This document shows, in pieces, positions 61,493-64,000 of a DNA stretch of 64,000 nt. The position numbers and the translations under genes were made by a program. The DNA lies in the NCBI GenBank assembly GCA_001662655.1, contig KV460243.1. One strand, written 5' to 3'. The DNA is from Pseudogymnoascus verrucosus. Taxonomy: Eukaryota. Numbering within the stretch: the first letter of the stretch is position 1; every line of letters starts with the position of its first letter. Under the pieces are notes generated by a model, which was given only the letters and a program-made list of their open reading frames with translations, searched no databases and was not told the DNA's origin.

Positions 61493-62214
61493 ATGCAGGA
61501 AAAGCTGCCAGTCAAAGCCGCGGGCGGCTGTCTCTGCGGCGCAATCAGATACAGCGTTGTCTTCCCTCCAGGCCACGATTTTGCCATGAACGTACGTCTT
61601 CACCCATTTCCAATTCAGCAGACTCAGCATTCTACCTCTATTCCCCAATTCAAACTCCCTGTCCAAAAAAACCCTCCGCTGACCCCATCCGCCAGTCAAC
61701 CAAATGCCTCTGCACCGCCTGTCGCAAGCAATCCGGCGCCCTGATGCTTCACCTGCACACCCTCCCCCTCTCGTCCTTCTCCTGCGTGGCTCCCGCCTCC
61801 GAGCTAGGCGACTACAGCCGCTCGCCCGGCTACCACCGCCTCTTCTGCAAGCGCTGCGGCTCCTTCATCGCCTGGCGCCAGGACCCGCGCCTATGCTGTG
61901 ACGTTCACGGGCTCGCTGACATCGGGGGCTCGCGCGCCACACGCCAGGCGCTGGATGGGATGATTGACTGTGCGCCTGCGCACGAGGAGGGCGAGGTTGA
62001 GATCTGTGTTGGCACGCTGGATGAGGAGTTTCTGGTCGGGCGACGTGGGCCGGGGGGGAAGGTGATCCCCGGGACGGGGTTTGGGTCTTTGCTGGGACAC
62101 CCTGAGGGCAGGATTCTCTGGGCGGAAAATGATATCATAGGAGTCACGGATCGGCTGACTGGGGTGAGGTATCAGAATAACAGTGCCAATGAGGTCAAGA
62201 TCAAAGAGCACTGA
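61493..62214 (+). CDS. GFA/CENP-V (Mss4-like) zinc-binding protein, copy 2
   Basis: AAGGCLCGAIRY, CLCTACRK, RLFCKRCGS and GTLDEE motifs; intron at the same position as in copy 1. Confidence 0.88.
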
Positions 62215-62902
62215 TCAACTAGGCTTGGAGGGGAGGCAGGTTTAAAGGAGGGGGGAAACGGAAAAGGGAGAGGGATCGAGTAATGGCTAACTGAGTGAGG
62301 GCTCTCCAGATGCGGGATGCTGACTCTGGTGTATATATCACCGTAGACTCTATCTTAGAGACACCCCGAACCGCATCCCCCGCGTTTCACCATCCCGTTC
62401 ACGAAGAGAAAAATCGGCGAAGGGCGGCGCCCAGCGCACTTACCGACATCGGACGTGCGGCTGCGGCGCCACGGGCCTGGTCCGCAGCTACTCTAGAGAT
62501 AGCAGGTGCGGCCAGATTGGCAGGGAGGGCCAGGCACACCGCTCTCAATGGGCATGGGGGGGTGGGGGTGTTACCGTTAGAGTTTGGGAGCGAAAAGGGG
62601 GGAGGGGGGGTTCGGACTTGGGTCAGCAACGGTCCGACTGGACAGTACAGCTCTACGCTATCTATGTGCTGCATAACACATGGGTGGGAGAGGAGTCAAC
62701 TCCATGCCAATGCCGAGTAGGGGGGATGTGGAGCGAAGATGCAGCTTTAACTCCGATCACAAGTCACGTTACAGAAATTGAGTCACAGAAAAAGTGACTA
62801 GCGTATCTTTCTCCAATTCATAACATCTACTACACGCCGCTAGGGCAACATAAGGAAAATCCAAAGACAGTGTATATATTGTTACATGCGCCGCGTATCC
62901 CT

Positions 62903-64000
62903 CTAACTGAACTCCTTCACCTCCTCGTCCTCCTCCAGCATCTGCCGGAAGCTGAACGGCTCGAACGCAATTCCATCACCCATGAAGTGCTTGCTCATCG
63001 CCTCGACCCAGTGCAGACGCAGCGAATGCAACATGGCGCTCGTGCCCTCCATGACGACGAGCACGCAGACACTGAGGAAGAACCACATGTAGAATGTTAT
63101 GACAAGGGTGATAACTCCGCCGATACCGGTTGAGGTCAACCCGTTGTTAAGAGTCATGGACCACAAAACAAGGGAAAGCTGTTGATGAGCGAGCGAGAGA
63201 GCCCAGAGACGCAGGTAGGACGCCGTGTGGGAAACGCAGTTAAGGCAGAATTCTAGTCTCTGTTAGAGTGGGCAAATTAGAAAGGGGAGGCTTGCTTACC
63301 AATAGTGTGGATAACTTGGTGGATCATGACTTCGCCAAACTCGAACTCTTCGTGGCCTTCACCGTCATTGTCAATGCCCTGAGTAATCATATCGACACCC
63401 TCCGTCTCACTAGCAATGCTAGCACGACGGTCATCATCGTCTCCATCGAGAGCGCTGATGCGCGACGTCTCGCCGATTCCGCGGTAACCCTTGGCGCGGG
63501 CCTGGTTATGCTCCCAGCGCAGATAAAACGGCTTGAGGAAGAGGAGGATGGGGACCTGGATAATAGCAATGACAACGAGGAAGTTCTGAATGATCTTCTG
63601 GTACGTTCCGTCACCGTATAAAGGCACATCAATCTTGTCGGGTTGGAGGAACATGTAGATCAACATATTCAAGAGTCCAGGTGGGTTCCTGTGGTTAGGC
63701 GCTTGCACGCCGGCAGGCCAGTCGTCGGGTGCAAGCGGGTACCAATCGGTTGACCACTTGTAGACGATGGTGAACACAAGGTATCCGAAGATGGATTGGA
63801 AGAAGATCATGCCCGGGATGAAGTTACCCCAAATATCGATCGGGGACTTGAAGCGACGGGCGTTGATATAGGAGAGGCACAGGGAGTAGGTCATGTGGCA
63901 CCAACCCATGAGGATACTGAGCTTCATCTTGTAACTGTTTGCAAAAAGAAGCTCGTTCTCAGCTCCGTGCCACATCCAGTCAAGACCGAACGGGTATCTG
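62903..64000 (-). CDS. vph1: V-type ATPase V0 subunit a, 3' part (gene runs off the window)
   Basis: [46 protein letters not shown] (essential Arg) and [17 protein letters not shown]. Confidence 0.97.

Overview
Eukaryotic DNA from a filamentous ascomycete (Pezizomycotina), judged from short GT..AG introns with CTAAC/CTGAC branch points and the gene families present. There are two N gaps (421-482 and 55841-55909). The window is gene-dense and accessory in character, with about 30 genes or gene relics. CAZymes: CE16-type GDSL esterase, PL1 pectate lyase, AA13-CBM20 starch LPMO, GH7 endoglucanase. Transporters: one amino-acid permease and three MFS proteins. Regulators: two Zn2Cys6 factors (one clearly Gal4/Lac9-like) and a Zn-less TF-domain protein. 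Others: a secreted protein-arginine deiminase, an atypical Rho-like GTPase, a Dcr2-like phosphoesterase, an ICMT-family methyltransferase, an Rds1 ferritin-like protein, a patatin-NB-ARC-TPR NLR, two tandem GFA genes, the 3' end of V-ATPase subunit a, and three decayed pseudogenes. The most notable items are: (1) a Gal4-like TF next to a sugar porter whose promoter has two near-consensus CGG-N11-CCG sites; (2) an orphan intronless protein with clean 7TM topology and a tail array of RRx[S/T] sites; (3) a tiny secreted 6-Cys prepropeptide; (4) the secreted PAD; (5) two non-coding tandem arrays (about 64 bp and about 139 bp) that share a motif; (6) a duplicated TF 5' end bracketing the phosphoesterase; (7) a large orphan ORF split by two -1 shifts. 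All calls come from reading motifs by eye; no searches were run.
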